IMG/VR virus record: IMGVR_UViG_3300037502_002662
Span: 1-56,948 of that record
Strand: one strand, 5' to 3'
Length of the DNA stretch: 56,948 nt
From: a virus
Taxonomy: Duplodnaviria; Caudoviricetes
Shown: piece by piece, positions 9,750 through 20,293 of the stretch
Numbering within the stretch: position 1 is the stretch's first letter
Layout of the letters: each line of letters starts with the position of its first letter
Notes under the pieces: model-generated
Told to the model about the DNA's origin: nothing
Seen by the model: the letters and a program-made list of their open reading frames with translations, nothing else
The model's database searches: none
Position numbers and translations under genes: made by a program

Positions 9750-10370
9750 ATGGCTATAATTGCAACTGATGGTTCTTGTAAAAGAAATGGGAAACCCGAT
9801 TGTATATCAAGCTATGCTATAGTAGTATGGGTAGGCGACAAAGAATATGAAATTGTAGGTTATGAATATGAATCTACAAGCCAACGCGGTGAATTAATGG
9901 GTATAAGACACGCATTAGAAATAGGCAAAAAGTTAATTGAGCAAAAAGACGAGGAAGAAATTTACTTAATTACTGACTCTGAATACGCAAGAAAGGCTAT
10001 TTACTATAAATGGTTTGACAAATGGTCAAGAAATGGTTGGAAAACTTCATCAGGTAGTGATGTAAAGAATAAGGATTTATGGCAGGATATAATGAAACTT
10101 GTAGATAGTTACGATGAAGATACTCTACACATATTTCAGGTTAAAGGGCATGTTAATGTAAATAATGATGATAAAGTACGTGAAGCAATGCTTAATTTTA
10201 TAGACTGTAATAATGGCGTGAAGCCTCCAAGACATGTATTGATTACATTTTTATCAATGAATAACAAAGCAGACAAATTAGCAAAAGAATATGTTGAAGA
10301 GATTAATGAGATTTATTTGAATAATATTGCTGATAATATGGAACCTACAGAAGGATATAGTTGGAAATAA
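9750..10370 (+). CDS. rnhA: Ribonuclease HI
   Basis: TDGSC, QRGEL, TDSEY, W..NGWKT..VKNKDLW, VKGH, ADKLA. Confidence 0.92.
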   Translation: MAIIATDGSCKRNGKPDCISSYAIVVWVGDKEYEIVGYEYESTSQRGELMGIRHALEIGKKLIEQKDEEEIYLITDSEYARKAIYYKWFDKWSRNGWKTSSGSDVKNKDLWQDIMKLVDSYDEDTLHIFQVKGHVNVNNDDKVREAMLNFIDCNNGVKPPRHVLITFLSMNNKADKLAKEYVEEINEIYLNNIADNMEPTEGYSWK

Positions 10371-10461
10371 ATCACTTAAAGTCGTCATCATAAAATAAAT
10401 TTCCTTCTTATAACTGTGTATTATTATATTATAATATAATAAGAAAGTAAAAAGTAAAGGA

Positions 10462-10794
10462 GTGAGTCATATGTCAAGGGTTTTTATACTTAACAATAAT
10501 CTACACAATTATGATAAAGCCAAACGTTTTGGAGAATTAGTTAATGTTACTCAGGGCCGCTTACCTATATTTAAAACAGATACTGTTTTAAATATGGTAA
10601 GTTTTGGTTTAAAAAATTTTACTAAGGATGACTATTTATTAGTCTCTGGACCAGTTCTATTAAATATACTGGCTACGACTATATTATATGAGAAGTTTGA
10701 TAATTTTAAGCTGCTCATATTTGATGCTAAAAAGCAAGATTATGTAGTTAGACACATTACTAAGGAAAATATTAGGGCAATTTGTGGTATATAA
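10462..10794 (+). CDS. Hypothetical protein
   Basis: ORF after promoter-like 10401-10435. Confidence 0.7.
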   Translation: MSHMSRVFILNNNLHNYDKAKRFGELVNVTQGRLPIFKTDTVLNMVSFGLKNFTKDDYLLVSGPVLLNILATTILYEKFDNFKLLIFDAKKQDYVVRHITKENIRAICGI

Positions 10795-10833
10795 CCACTT
10801 GCAAATAAAAATTTTAAAAGGGGGAAATTAATA

Positions 10834-11583
10834 ATGTCAAAAAATGAAATTATGGAAAAGCAACAAAATGAACTTATGGAAAATATTGAGGCTCCATTAG
10901 GTTTCGAAGATGAAGAAAAAGGTGATATGATTATACCTCGTGTAAAAATTGTACAAACTCTATCACCTGAAAGAAAAGATAAGATTGCTGAAGAAGGCGA
11001 CATAATCAATTCTTTAACTAAAGAAAAATTAAATGGTAAAGTGTTTATTCCTGTCTTTAAATTCAATTCTAATATAGAATGGAGACCACGCTCTGAAGGA
11101 GGAGGCATTGTCTGTATAGCAAGAGATGGTAAAATTGGTGTAACTAATGATGGTAGTACAAAAATTTGTAAACAGTGCCGTAGAAATAAGTTTGATAATA
11201 GTAAACAAGGTAAAGATGCAATACCTAAATGTACCAAGTATATTAATTTCTTTGGGTTTATGGAAGATAGCATGATACCTATCATTATTAGTTTTGGTAA
11301 AACAAATTATAATGAAGGAAGAAAATTATACAGCTTAGCAAAAGTTACTATGCAAAATATGTGGAACCATAAATATACGTTACAAGAAAAGCTCATGTCA
11401 AAGAATGGTAATGAATGGTATATTATTGATGTAGTACCAGCAGGCCCCACAACTGAAGAACAAAGAGCTCACGGAAGTACATTATATAAACAATTTAGAT
11501 ATGCTGACTTAAATGTAGATACTGAAGAAGAAACTGATCCTACAATGGCTAGTGATGAAGAAATTAAAAGTGTAGAATTTTAG
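10834..11583 (+). CDS. Probable ssDNA-binding/annealing protein
   Basis: IPRVKIVQ.LSP motif, acidic tail ending in Phe, next to primase-helicase. Confidence 0.6.
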   Translation: MSKNEIMEKQQNELMENIEAPLGFEDEEKGDMIIPRVKIVQTLSPERKDKIAEEGDIINSLTKEKLNGKVFIPVFKFNSNIEWRPRSEGGGIVCIARDGKIGVTNDGSTKICKQCRRNKFDNSKQGKDAIPKCTKYINFFGFMEDSMIPIIISFGKTNYNEGRKLYSLAKVTMQNMWNHKYTLQEKLMSKNGNEWYIIDVVPAGPTTEEQRAHGSTLYKQFRYADLNVDTEEETDPTMASDEEIKSVEF

Positions 11584-11614
11584 TATTAGCGGGAGTATAT
11601 CCCGCTTAATACTA
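11582..11614 (+). terminator. Hairpin/terminator
   Basis: AGTATTAGCGGGA..TCCCGCTTAATACT. Confidence 0.6.
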
Positions 11615-11636
11615 CTTGTTAAAGGGGGAATAGCAT

Positions 11637-14594
11637 TTGAACTGGCCAGAATATCGCAATCGTATTCTTGCTGAAATAGACAATGAAGCCTTTTATATGT
11701 CAGAGTTAGACAATGTAATAAGGCGTGGCAGCGAATTAAAAGCTGAGTGCCCTTTCTCAGAACTTCATGAAAACCAATCCGATGATACTCCCTCGTTTAC
11801 AGTTAATTTAGACAAGGGTGTTTATTATTGCCATACTTGTCATAGTAAAGGTAATGTGCATACATTATATAAAACATTATATGGCCTAACATCAACAGAG
11901 GCTTGGTTTGAATTAGGTGATGCTTTAAATATACCAAGGCCTGACACTAGCGAACCATTTAGACCAGAGATACCTACAGGTCTTGTAGGTAAATTTCATC
12001 AGAATTTAATTAATCAAACAGGTCCATTAAGAGATGTTTTACGTAAAAAACGGGGCTTAACAGATGAAACATTGAAGCGTTTTCAGCTTGGTTGGGATGG
12101 AGAAAGGATTACAATACCTATATATGATGAGTACAATAGATTAGTTAATTTTCGTAGGTACAAATGGAATAGTAATAATGACCAATGGAAAGTATTAAAT
12201 TACGAAGATGAATTAGGAAATACATATGGTGAAGTAAGGATTTTTGGTATTGAAAACCTAATTAATGATGATATAGAAGAGATTATATGGTGCGAAGGTG
12301 AAATGGATCGTATAATTTTAGAGCAGTACAGCTTCCCAGCAGCATGCCCTACAGGTGGTGCAGGTACTTGGAGAAATGATTGGGCTAAGTATTTTAGAAA
12401 CAAAAAACGTGTATACATTTTACAAGATAATGATAAAGCAGGTAAAGAAGCAACAGAAAAGATATGTCATAAGTTGTATAGAGTAACAGATCCATACGTA
12501 CCTAAATGGCCAGATGATTTTTTGCATAAGGGTGACGCTACTGATTTCTTTGTAAAATGTGGTTATACTAAAGAAGATCTACAAAAGTTACTGGATAATG
12601 CTGAAAAATTTATACATCCTAATTCTTCTGAATTGACGCAAACAGACACTGAGGCTATTGCGGTACATTTAGCAGACTCTGCTAATGCTACTCTACACGG
12701 TAAAAAGATTAAAGTACCTGTAATGGTATCTGGTAAGGATAATACACCATACATTTGCCCTAAGAAGATAAAGTATTATTGTGGTGATCAAGCGGATGCC
12801 GAGAATAAGCGCTGTCAGTCATGTGATCTTGCATTTACAGGTGGTTTAAAATTAATAGAACTCGGTGCGCACAATAAAGACACTTTAAAGTTAATAAAAT
12901 GTAGTGAAAAGAAACAACAGGAGGTACTCAAACATATAGCAGGTATAAATAAGAATTGTCCTAAGTGTACAATAACTGTAGAAGAGTCAATGAACTTAGA
13001 AGAAATTAGAATGATACCTAAAGCTGAGGACTCTAACGTATCAAAAGTACATGAATATGTAGTTAGATTAGGTTACAGTATATCTGATGATATTAAAACT
13101 AATAAAAGATATACTATGGTAGGTTATATGTGGCCAGACCCACATACACAATATGCAACATACATATTTGATAAAGCAATACCAGAGAAAGACTTTATAT
13201 CTGAATTTGAAATGACTGATGAGATATATAATCAATTAAAAATATTTCAAGTAAATAAAGGTCAAACAATAGAAGATAAATTTAATGAAATACATAGAGA
13301 TTTAGAAAGAAATATTACTCATATATGGGAACGACGTGATGTAGCAATAGCGGTAGATTTAATATATCATACTGTTTTAAATTTTTACTTTCAAGGACAG
13401 TTTGTAAAACGTGGTTGGGGAGAATTACTTATTATAGGTGACTCTGGACAAGCAAAAACTACACTTGTAGAAAGACTTATGAGTCACTATAGGCTGGGTG
13501 AAATGTATTCAGGTGAGTCATCAAAGCGTACAGGCCTTGTATACAATTTACAACAAAACAACAAGAGATGGTTTTTAGTATGGGGCGCGTTTCCACTAAA
13601 TGATGGTGGTTTAATAGCTATAGATGAATTATCTGGTATAGATGAAAAAGAATTAGCTATTATGTCAGATGTACGTTCATCAGGTATAGCTAAGGCAACT
13701 GGTGTTATAACTGCTGAAACAAATGCACGGACAAGAGCTATTTATATATCTAACCCTAGAAATGGTAGGCCCCTTAATACAGAAACATTTGGTGTAGAAG
13801 CAGTGCTAAAATTATTTGGCAAAACAGAAGACGTCAGAAGGCTAGACCTAGCCATAGCAGTCGCATCCGGTGATGTAAACCCAGCTTTAATTAATAGGCG
13901 TATTTCTCAATTAGATGATGTACAACATGTATATACCTCTGATTTATGCAATTTACGCGCCCTATGGGCATGGAGCCGCAGGGCAGATAACATCAGGTTT
14001 ACAAATGAGTGTATACAATATATACTAGATGCTGCTACTAAAATGGGTAATAAGTATTCTTCCAGTGTACCTATTGTAGAAGCTGCAGACCAACGTATGA
14101 AAATAGCAAGATTAGCAGTAGCAACCGCTTGCTGTATGTTTTCTACAGAAGATGGCGAGAATGTAATTGTAGATAAAGGACATGCAGAATTTGTAGTTAG
14201 CTTTATGGACAGAATTTATAGTTCGAAAAGTTTTGCTTATGATAAACTATCTGAACGTGATAAACAAAATACAGATGCTTCTGCAGATAAACTAGAAAAA
14301 CTTAGAAAAGAGTTCATTTTATTGCCTCTACCTGACCATAATGAAATGGCTAGAATACTGTATAACTTACCATACTTCAATAGATACACACTTGAAGATT
14401 ATTCTGGTTTACCTAAAGATGAACTAAGAGCCTTACTTAAGTTTTTAACTACAAGACATTTAATAGAAAAAACTCGTGGTGATTATAGACGCTATCCATT
14501 AGGTACCGAATTTTTTGCAAGTATTTTAAATAGACCTATCTTAACAGATGAGCTTAATAAAGTACGTAAAGAACATTATAATACAGAGTATTAA
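11637..14594 (+). CDS. DnaG-type primase (CHC2 Zn finger + TOPRIM) fused to MCM-like AAA+ helicase
   Basis: CPF..H..TPSF..CHTC; CEGEMD, DNDKAG, KGDATD; IIGDSGQAKT, DGGLIAIDE, ISNP, RRLDL. Confidence 0.88.
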   Translation: MNWPEYRNRILAEIDNEAFYMSELDNVIRRGSELKAECPFSELHENQSDDTPSFTVNLDKGVYYCHTCHSKGNVHTLYKTLYGLTSTEAWFELGDALNIPRPDTSEPFRPEIPTGLVGKFHQNLINQTGPLRDVLRKKRGLTDETLKRFQLGWDGERITIPIYDEYNRLVNFRRYKWNSNNDQWKVLNYEDELGNTYGEVRIFGIENLINDDIEEIIWCEGEMDRIILEQYSFPAACPTGGAGTWRNDWAKYFRNKKRVYILQDNDKAGKEATEKICHKLYRVTDPYVPKWPDDFLHKGDATDFFVKCGYTKEDLQKLLDNAEKFIHPNSSELTQTDTEAIAVHLADSANATLHGKKIKVPVMVSGKDNTPYICPKKIKYYCGDQADAENKRCQSCDLAFTGGLKLIELGAHNKDTLKLIKCSEKKQQEVLKHIAGINKNCPKCTITVEESMNLEEIRMIPKAEDSNVSKVHEYVVRLGYSISDDIKTNKRYTMVGYMWPDPHTQYATYIFDKAIPEKDFISEFEMTDEIYNQLKIFQVNKGQTIEDKFNEIHRDLERNITHIWERRDVAIAVDLIYHTVLNFYFQGQFVKRGWGELLIIGDSGQAKTTLVERLMSHYRLGEMYSGESSKRTGLVYNLQQNNKRWFLVWGAFPLNDGGLIAIDELSGIDEKELAIMSDVRSSGIAKATGVITAETNARTRAIYISNPRNGRPLNTETFGVEAVLKLFGKTEDVRRLDLAIAVASGDVNPALINRRISQLDDVQHVYTSDLCNLRALWAWSRRADNIRFTNECIQYILDAATKMGNKYSSSVPIVEAADQRMKIARLAVATACCMFSTEDGENVIVDKGHAEFVVSFMDRIYSSKSFAYDKLSERDKQNTDASADKLEKLRKEFILLPLPDHNEMARILYNLPYFNRYTLEDYSGLPKDELRALLKFLTTRHLIEKTRGDYRRYPLGTEFFASILNRPILTDELNKVRKEHYNTEY

Positions 14595-14610
14595 TAAAGG
14601 GGGAATAAGA

Positions 14611-15627
14611 TTGTTAACTAAAGATATTATAACACAATTGAATAATTGTAAGGTAGTTTCAACCATTACACAAGATGAAAATGAAAAAGAATGGCTGCAT
14701 GTAAGGTCTAATGGTATAGGTGGATCTGATATAGGTACTATATGTGGTGTAAATAAATGGTCTACACCAAGATTATTATATTTAAAGAAGACAGGACAAT
14801 ATAAGGAGTCATATGAAAAACAAGATGATGGCTCTGTAGATAGAATGCGTTTTGGACACTTATTAGAACCTATTGTTGCGCAAGAATTTGAATATCGTAT
14901 GAATGAAAATGGTAGAAATATACGTATTATAGAAGTTAAAGCTACTTTTTGTCATAAAGATTATAAATGGGCATTAGCAAATGTAGACAGATTAATTATA
15001 GATAATGAGACAAATAAAATAATAGGCGTATTAGAATGTAAAACAGCTAGTGAATACTTAAAAGAAGAATGGAATGAAGGTGATATACCTGTATCTTACC
15101 TGTATCAGCTTAATTGGTACCTTTGGATATTAGGTTTAAATTACGGTGCATTGGCTTGTCTTGTAGGTGGTAATAAATTTTATTATTATGAAGTATATAG
15201 AAATGATGAGCTAATAAAAGAAATGCTTGAAAAAGCTGATAAGTTTTGGAACTACAATGTGAAAAATCTTATTGAGCCTGAACTTGATGGATCTGAAGCA
15301 TCAACGCGTCTTGTAGAAAAAATGAATGAAGATGTAGAACCTAACTCAGAAATTATATTAGAAGATGAAAGTGTAAATGAAATGGCAAATAATCTTATAA
15401 AGGTTAAGCAGGAAATAAAAGAGCTAGAAAAAATCAAAAAAGAGCTTGAAAATAAACTAAAAGAGAAGATAGGCAATCATGAAATTGCTTATACAACTGA
15501 TAGAGTTATGAAATGGAAGATTCATGTCCAACGCAGATTAGATAGTAAAAAGCTTAAAAAGGAAATGCCCGACATTTATAATGCTTTCTTAAAGGAAGCT
15601 ATATATAGAAGATTTACAATAAAATAA
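14611..15627 (+). CDS. YqaJ-like (lambda exonuclease family) nuclease
   Basis: WL..R..GIGGSD, FGHLLEP, ANVDR, LECKT, YLYQLNWY. Confidence 0.92.
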   Translation: MLTKDIITQLNNCKVVSTITQDENEKEWLHVRSNGIGGSDIGTICGVNKWSTPRLLYLKKTGQYKESYEKQDDGSVDRMRFGHLLEPIVAQEFEYRMNENGRNIRIIEVKATFCHKDYKWALANVDRLIIDNETNKIIGVLECKTASEYLKEEWNEGDIPVSYLYQLNWYLWILGLNYGALACLVGGNKFYYYEVYRNDELIKEMLEKADKFWNYNVKNLIEPELDGSEASTRLVEKMNEDVEPNSEIILEDESVNEMANNLIKVKQEIKELEKIKKELENKLKEKIGNHEIAYTTDRVMKWKIHVQRRLDSKKLKKEMPDIYNAFLKEAIYRRFTIK

Positions 15628-15640
15628 AGGGGGAACTGTT

Positions 15641-16036
15641 ATGGGTATGCTACAGAAAATGCTTAATATGCAGAATAACTTACAAGAAAAATTAGGCTAT
15701 AATATTAAAGAAATGTCTATGAAAGAACGTGTTGATTTTATTAAAGAGTTCAGTATACATGCAACGCAAGAATTGCATGAAATGTTATATGAGCTACCTT
15801 ATTTAAAACCATGGAAAGATTACAATGAAATGACTTATGGGGAACGCTTGAAGCAGTTTGAAAAGGCTAGACAGGAGTTTAGTGATTTTATGCACTTTAC
15901 TTTGAATATTGCATTAGCCTTAGGCTTTTTTGAAGAACAAGACTTATACAAATACTATGTAGATAAGAATAAAGAAAATCATGTAAGACAAGATGAAGGC
16001 CGTAATAAAGGTATAAGATATAAGGAGGTTAAATAA
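15641..16036 (+). CDS. Dimeric dUTPase / MazG-like NTP pyrophosphatase
   Basis: ELHEM, KPWK, EFSDFMHF, KNKENHVRQ. Confidence 0.8.
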   Translation: MGMLQKMLNMQNNLQEKLGYNIKEMSMKERVDFIKEFSIHATQELHEMLYELPYLKPWKDYNEMTYGERLKQFEKARQEFSDFMHFTLNIALALGFFEEQDLYKYYVDKNKENHVRQDEGRNKGIRYKEVK

Positions 16037-16308
16037 TGAGTTTTAGAGTTATAAAAGGTAAAAGTGAAAGCATCGCTAGAAATGAATGTATACTGGTTTG
16101 CGACGATAAAGTAAACAAATATATGGATTATATTATGGTAGGCATAAGTGATAAAGGCGCTTTAACACTTGCACATAATTGTGACCCAATATTTATGGCA
16201 ACTGCCTTAGAGCTAGTTAAGGATGCTTTTATAGATATGTTCTCAAAATTACCTAAACATGAACAAGAAATAGTATTAGAATATATAAATACATGTACCA
16301 ATGAATAG
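16036..16308 (+). CDS. Hypothetical protein
   Basis: Translationally coupled ORF. Confidence 0.7.
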   Translation: MSFRVIKGKSESIARNECILVCDDKVNKYMDYIMVGISDKGALTLAHNCDPIFMATALELVKDAFIDMFSKLPKHEQEIVLEYINTCTNE

Positions 16309-16322
16309 AAAGGAGGCATACA

Positions 16323-16565
16323 ATGATAGTAACCTGTGATACTAAAAGGTTTACAAGGGATGATTTAATAGGCTCAATTATACAACATAGACATAGTAAT
16401 GAATACTATTTAGTAAGCACCGCACCGCTTAAAAGTATAGAAAATACAATATTTGCTTATAACTTAAATGGAAAGACTCTCATTGAAATAGATTACATGG
16501 AATTATACAAAGATTTTGAAATATTCTTACCTACAGAGTACATGTTAAAACTGGAAAAGCTTTAA
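16323..16565 (+). CDS. Hypothetical protein
   Basis: AAGGAGG RBS. Confidence 0.7.
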   Translation: MIVTCDTKRFTRDDLIGSIIQHRHSNEYYLVSTAPLKSIENTIFAYNLNGKTLIEIDYMELYKDFEIFLPTEYMLKLEKL

Positions 16566-16578
16566 AAGGGGGATATTT

Positions 16579-17361
16579 ATGAATAAGATAGAAGTTAAAG
16601 TTATAATAGGTCCATCTACTAAACCAGCTTCAATGATGATGTTTTTAGCTAAGCTAACTCAACGTGGTCATAAAATAAAAAATATGGATGATTTAAATAA
16701 TTTACTTGATGAAACTTTAGAAAGCAATAGGACTAATAAAATAGCTGAAAGAGTTATAGCGTTACCACATGGAACTATTAAAAGATTTACTCCTATTGTA
16801 GTTGCTATTGTAGGTGCTTCTAGAAGGTTTTTAGCACAAGCAAGAACGCACCATGTAGGTATTAATTGGGTATCAGCGTCACTGCAATATTCTGATTATA
16901 CTGATGAAGCTGATTTTGTTGTACCTTATGAACTACTTAATGACAAAAAAGAAATGGAAAGACTACTATACCTACAACAGTGCAATAACGCTATGGTAAC
17001 ATATAAAGCCCTTGTACAACAGGGTTGTGATAATGATACAGCTGGCTATGTTGCTCCTCAAGGGCTTAGAAATATCCTTGTAGGCATAGCTAATCATGAA
17101 GCTTGGTTAAATTTTATACGAGTTAGAAGTTGTAATAGAAATACAGAAGAAACACAATATATAACAATGAAAGTATGGGAAGCCTTATCAAATACATTGG
17201 ATGGAAATGTGATGTTTAAATATGCTGGACCCGATTGCTTATATGGAAAATGCCGAGAAGGTAAGATGTGTTGTGGTAATAACTTTCCAGAACTAAATAA
17301 TAAATCATACCCTACAGAATTTATTAAACAAAAATGGCCTTTATTATATGGAGGCAAGTAG
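16579..17361 (+). CDS. thyX: FAD-dependent thymidylate synthase
   Basis: GASRRFLAQARTHH..SASLQY (variant of RHRx7S.R), YVAPQG, C.EGKMCCG. Confidence 0.85.
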   Translation: MNKIEVKVIIGPSTKPASMMMFLAKLTQRGHKIKNMDDLNNLLDETLESNRTNKIAERVIALPHGTIKRFTPIVVAIVGASRRFLAQARTHHVGINWVSASLQYSDYTDEADFVVPYELLNDKKEMERLLYLQQCNNAMVTYKALVQQGCDNDTAGYVAPQGLRNILVGIANHEAWLNFIRVRSCNRNTEETQYITMKVWEALSNTLDGNVMFKYAGPDCLYGKCREGKMCCGNNFPELNNKSYPTEFIKQKWPLLYGGK

Positions 17362-17893
17362 TATGATTATTGTAAACAAATGTAAAAGATTATCCATTAA
17401 GGACATTGATAAAATCCAAAACCTTTTAAAAAATATAAGTATGGTAAAACATAATATAAAGTTAATTATTTGTGATGAGAATACCGCAGGCGATTTTTAT
17501 AAAATATATGTAGATAATTCATTTCCAGGTATTGAAAGCCACAGAGCAATCTGCGCACATAATGGTAAAAGATGTATAATTGGTATATATTTCACACAAT
17601 ATGAAACAATAGAAAGTATTACATGGTTAATAATACATGAATTAACACACTTTGCAATACGTGAGTCAGGTATATTAGATCTTTATTTTTTATTATGTAG
17701 AGACGATTTTGCAGAATCTTTAAGTTATAATCCTACACTTTTTGCTAAAGATTATAATCTACACAGACAAGACGAAATACATGAAAATATACCTGAAGAA
17801 GCTTTTGCTAATAGCGTAGCTACTAAAATAATAGGTAAAAACTACGATAGAAAATGGTGGAGAGAACAAATCAAGCTTATAAAGGGGGCTTAA
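17348..17893 (+). CDS. HExxH zinc metallopeptidase-like protein
   Basis: IIHELTH..PEEAFAN. Confidence 0.6.
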   Translation: MEASSMIIVNKCKRLSIKDIDKIQNLLKNISMVKHNIKLIICDENTAGDFYKIYVDNSFPGIESHRAICAHNGKRCIIGIYFTQYETIESITWLIIHELTHFAIRESGILDLYFLLCRDDFAESLSYNPTLFAKDYNLHRQDEIHENIPEEAFANSVATKIIGKNYDRKWWREQIKLIKGA

Positions 17894-17895
17894 AT

Positions 17896-18363
17896 ATGTT
17901 TATAATAATTGTTGGTCCAGATGGTGCAGGAAAAACAACGCTAGCTAAACAATTAGCAAAACAAACTGGTTTTGAAATAATTAAAAGAAATAAGCCAGAA
18001 ACTGAACAAGAGAAAAAAGAGATGTATGAAAATTATTGCAAAATAATTATGCATAAAAATAATGTGATATTTGATAGATTTGCATATTGTGAGAAAGTAT
18101 ATGGGAGCCTAATGCGCGATGAATCAATTATATCTGATGAACAGCTAAAATATTTGGAGTCATTGCTGTCTATGAAAGGTGCGATAGTAATACATTGTAC
18201 AGATAACATCGATAATTTATGGGATAGATGTACAACACGTGGTGAAAGATACATCACTGATAAAGATACATTAGATAAAATAAGAAAAGCTTATATTAAG
18301 TTATTTAGCAAACAACGCTTAATACCGGTGGTGGAGTATCGTGTCAGTAAAGAGAACATGTAG
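17896..18363 (+). CDS. dNMP/thymidylate kinase
   Basis: GPDGAGKTT, IFDRF, R..RGE. Confidence 0.85.
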   Translation: MFIIIVGPDGAGKTTLAKQLAKQTGFEIIKRNKPETEQEKKEMYENYCKIIMHKNNVIFDRFAYCEKVYGSLMRDESIISDEQLKYLESLLSMKGAIVIHCTDNIDNLWDRCTTRGERYITDKDTLDKIRKAYIKLFSKQRLIPVVEYRVSKENM

Positions 18364-19000
18364 TAAATGTGGATGGGTTTTTCCATCTACCTATAATAAA
18401 TCACGTTGCAATATTTGTGGTAATTTACTAAGTATCCAATATTGTCCTAAATGTAAGCAATTTCTTCCGTTAAGTAATTTTTCATGGAGAAGCAGTGATA
18501 AAAGAGTCTTAAGGTCATATTGTGATGAGTGTCATAAAAGATTTGCTATAGAATATAGATTAAAATATCCTGAAAGATCTAAAAGATACCATAAAAATAC
18601 CTATATACGGCAGAATGAAGAAGTAGAGAAAAGATATAAAGAATGGCTTAGTACTATAAAGGCTTTAGGTAAAATATCTCCTTTAACTGAAGAAGAATGG
18701 CATGAAGCTGTAGACTTTTTTAAAGGGTGCGCAATATGTGGTGACCCACATATTGAAATTAGAACATTATTTATATTAACCAAATGCGGTGGTGGATACA
18801 ATAAAACTAATGTATTTCCTACATGTGCTACATGTGGAACAAGAAAGCGCACGCAAGAAAATCCTTTTAGGTGGTTACACTACAGACTAGGTAATTATCA
18901 ACATATGAATTTAAGTAAGCGTCGCACTGAGCGCTTAATTGGCTATTTGAAATCAAAAATTGAGGAGGTACAGAATGAAAGAAATATGGGTGCCGATTAA
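18341..19000 (+). CDS. Zn-ribbon plus degenerate HNH-like protein
   Basis: Multiple CxxC; LTEEEW..FKGCAICG..GGGYNKTNVFPTCATC lacking the usual DH. Confidence 0.65.
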   Translation: MSVKRTCSKCGWVFPSTYNKSRCNICGNLLSIQYCPKCKQFLPLSNFSWRSSDKRVLRSYCDECHKRFAIEYRLKYPERSKRYHKNTYIRQNEEVEKRYKEWLSTIKALGKISPLTEEEWHEAVDFFKGCAICGDPHIEIRTLFILTKCGGGYNKTNVFPTCATCGTRKRTQENPFRWLHYRLGNYQHMNLSKRRTERLIGYLKSKIEEVQNERNMGAD

Positions 19001-19829
19001 AGACTATGAAGGTTTATATGAAGTTTCTAATAAAGGTAACATACGTGACGCACATGGCAAAAACCTTATTCCTAATGATAATGGTCAAAGATTACAGGTG
19101 ACGTTATGTAAAAATGGTATGCACAAAGAAGTAGCAATTCACAAAATAGTAGCAGAAACTTTTGTACCAAATGACGACCCAATAAATAAAATTATAATTA
19201 ATCATAGAGATGGCAACTATAGGAATAACTCTGTAGATAACTTAGAGTGGTGCACTCCACAGCATGGTAAGGATAATAAAATTAAAAAAGTATACCAGTT
19301 TAACAAATATTATAGTCTTATAGCACAATATTATTCAGCTAATGAAGCATCAAAGCAAACAGGGATATCTCTTAGAGATATCCTGGCTGCTTGTAATGGC
19401 GAAATAAAGTCAGCTGGTGGATATAAATGGAGCTACAGAGTGCCAAAAGAAGTAATACTGATGGACTTTACAGAAAATTTAGCTAGCTTATCAAAATGTG
19501 AGCAACGTAGTGTTGCTGCTATAATTACTGATTATAATATGAATCAAGTTTATAGTATTGGTGTTAATGGAGGTCCTGCTGGTGGTATAGATTGTCTATG
19601 CTCTTTAGGTGGTAAAGAAACGTGTATTCATGCAGAGACTCAGGCTATAGCAAAATGTACTATAAATGATAAAAATAAAATTATGTTTGTAACGCTGTCT
19701 CCCTGTGTAACATGTGCTTCATTAATAGTAAATAGTGGTTTTAATAAAGTATATTACAGAGAAGATTGGAAAGATAATCCCGGAGTTAAACTTCTCAGAG
19801 CTTCAGGTATTATAGTAAGTAAAATTTAG
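18975..19829 (+). CDS. NUMOD4-HNH-NUMOD1 endonuclease fused to dCMP deaminase
   Basis: W.PIKDYEGLYEVSN.G, INHRDGN..NN..NLEW, SAGGYKW; then HAETQA and SPCVTC. Confidence 0.85.
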   Translation: MKEIWVPIKDYEGLYEVSNKGNIRDAHGKNLIPNDNGQRLQVTLCKNGMHKEVAIHKIVAETFVPNDDPINKIIINHRDGNYRNNSVDNLEWCTPQHGKDNKIKKVYQFNKYYSLIAQYYSANEASKQTGISLRDILAACNGEIKSAGGYKWSYRVPKEVILMDFTENLASLSKCEQRSVAAIITDYNMNQVYSIGVNGGPAGGIDCLCSLGGKETCIHAETQAIAKCTINDKNKIMFVTLSPCVTCASLIVNSGFNKVYYREDWKDNPGVKLLRASGIIVSKI

Positions 19830-19920
19830 AATAAATAATTTTTTTATAGCATTTTAAAAATATCTTATAATATTAATATAAGGGGTTACTTTTTAGCCTC
19901 TTTGCATTTTCTCCTAATTT

Positions 19921-20030
19921 TCACGGACTCGTAAAATAGTCTTATGCGTGTTCGTGATACACAAGTTAATATTATAATATTAATAAGCTATCACGAACAC
20001 GTAAAATTTAAAACAAACACGCTACATGTA
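19921..20030. repeat. Dispersed palindromic element, copy 2
   Basis: CGTGTTCGTGATA-N29-TATCACGAACACG with internal TTAATATTATAATATTAA. Confidence 0.85.
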
Positions 20031-20059
20031 TTTTAATAGTATTAAAGGGGGATTTTATT

Positions 20060-20293
20060 ATGATTACTGTAAAAATTTATGAGCATGAAAAGAAAAAAAT
20101 TATAAGTGTCATTAAAAAGCATGATGGTAAACAAATGTCTATAGCTGCTATTGCACGAAAAGCTAATTACAATCCAAATAGGACTAGGTTCATTATTGAT
20201 GCATTAATTGATGAAGGACGAATTGAAAAAATATTAATAAAAAATTACAACCCTAAGTATAGACGTTATGCATATAGGGTGGTGAAAAAATGA
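20060..20293 (+). CDS. Winged-helix DNA-binding protein
   Basis: MSIAAIARKA..TRFIIDALIDEGRIEK wHTH pattern. Confidence 0.7.
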   Translation: MITVKIYEHEKKKIISVIKKHDGKQMSIAAIARKANYNPNRTRFIIDALIDEGRIEKILIKNYNPKYRRYAYRVVKK

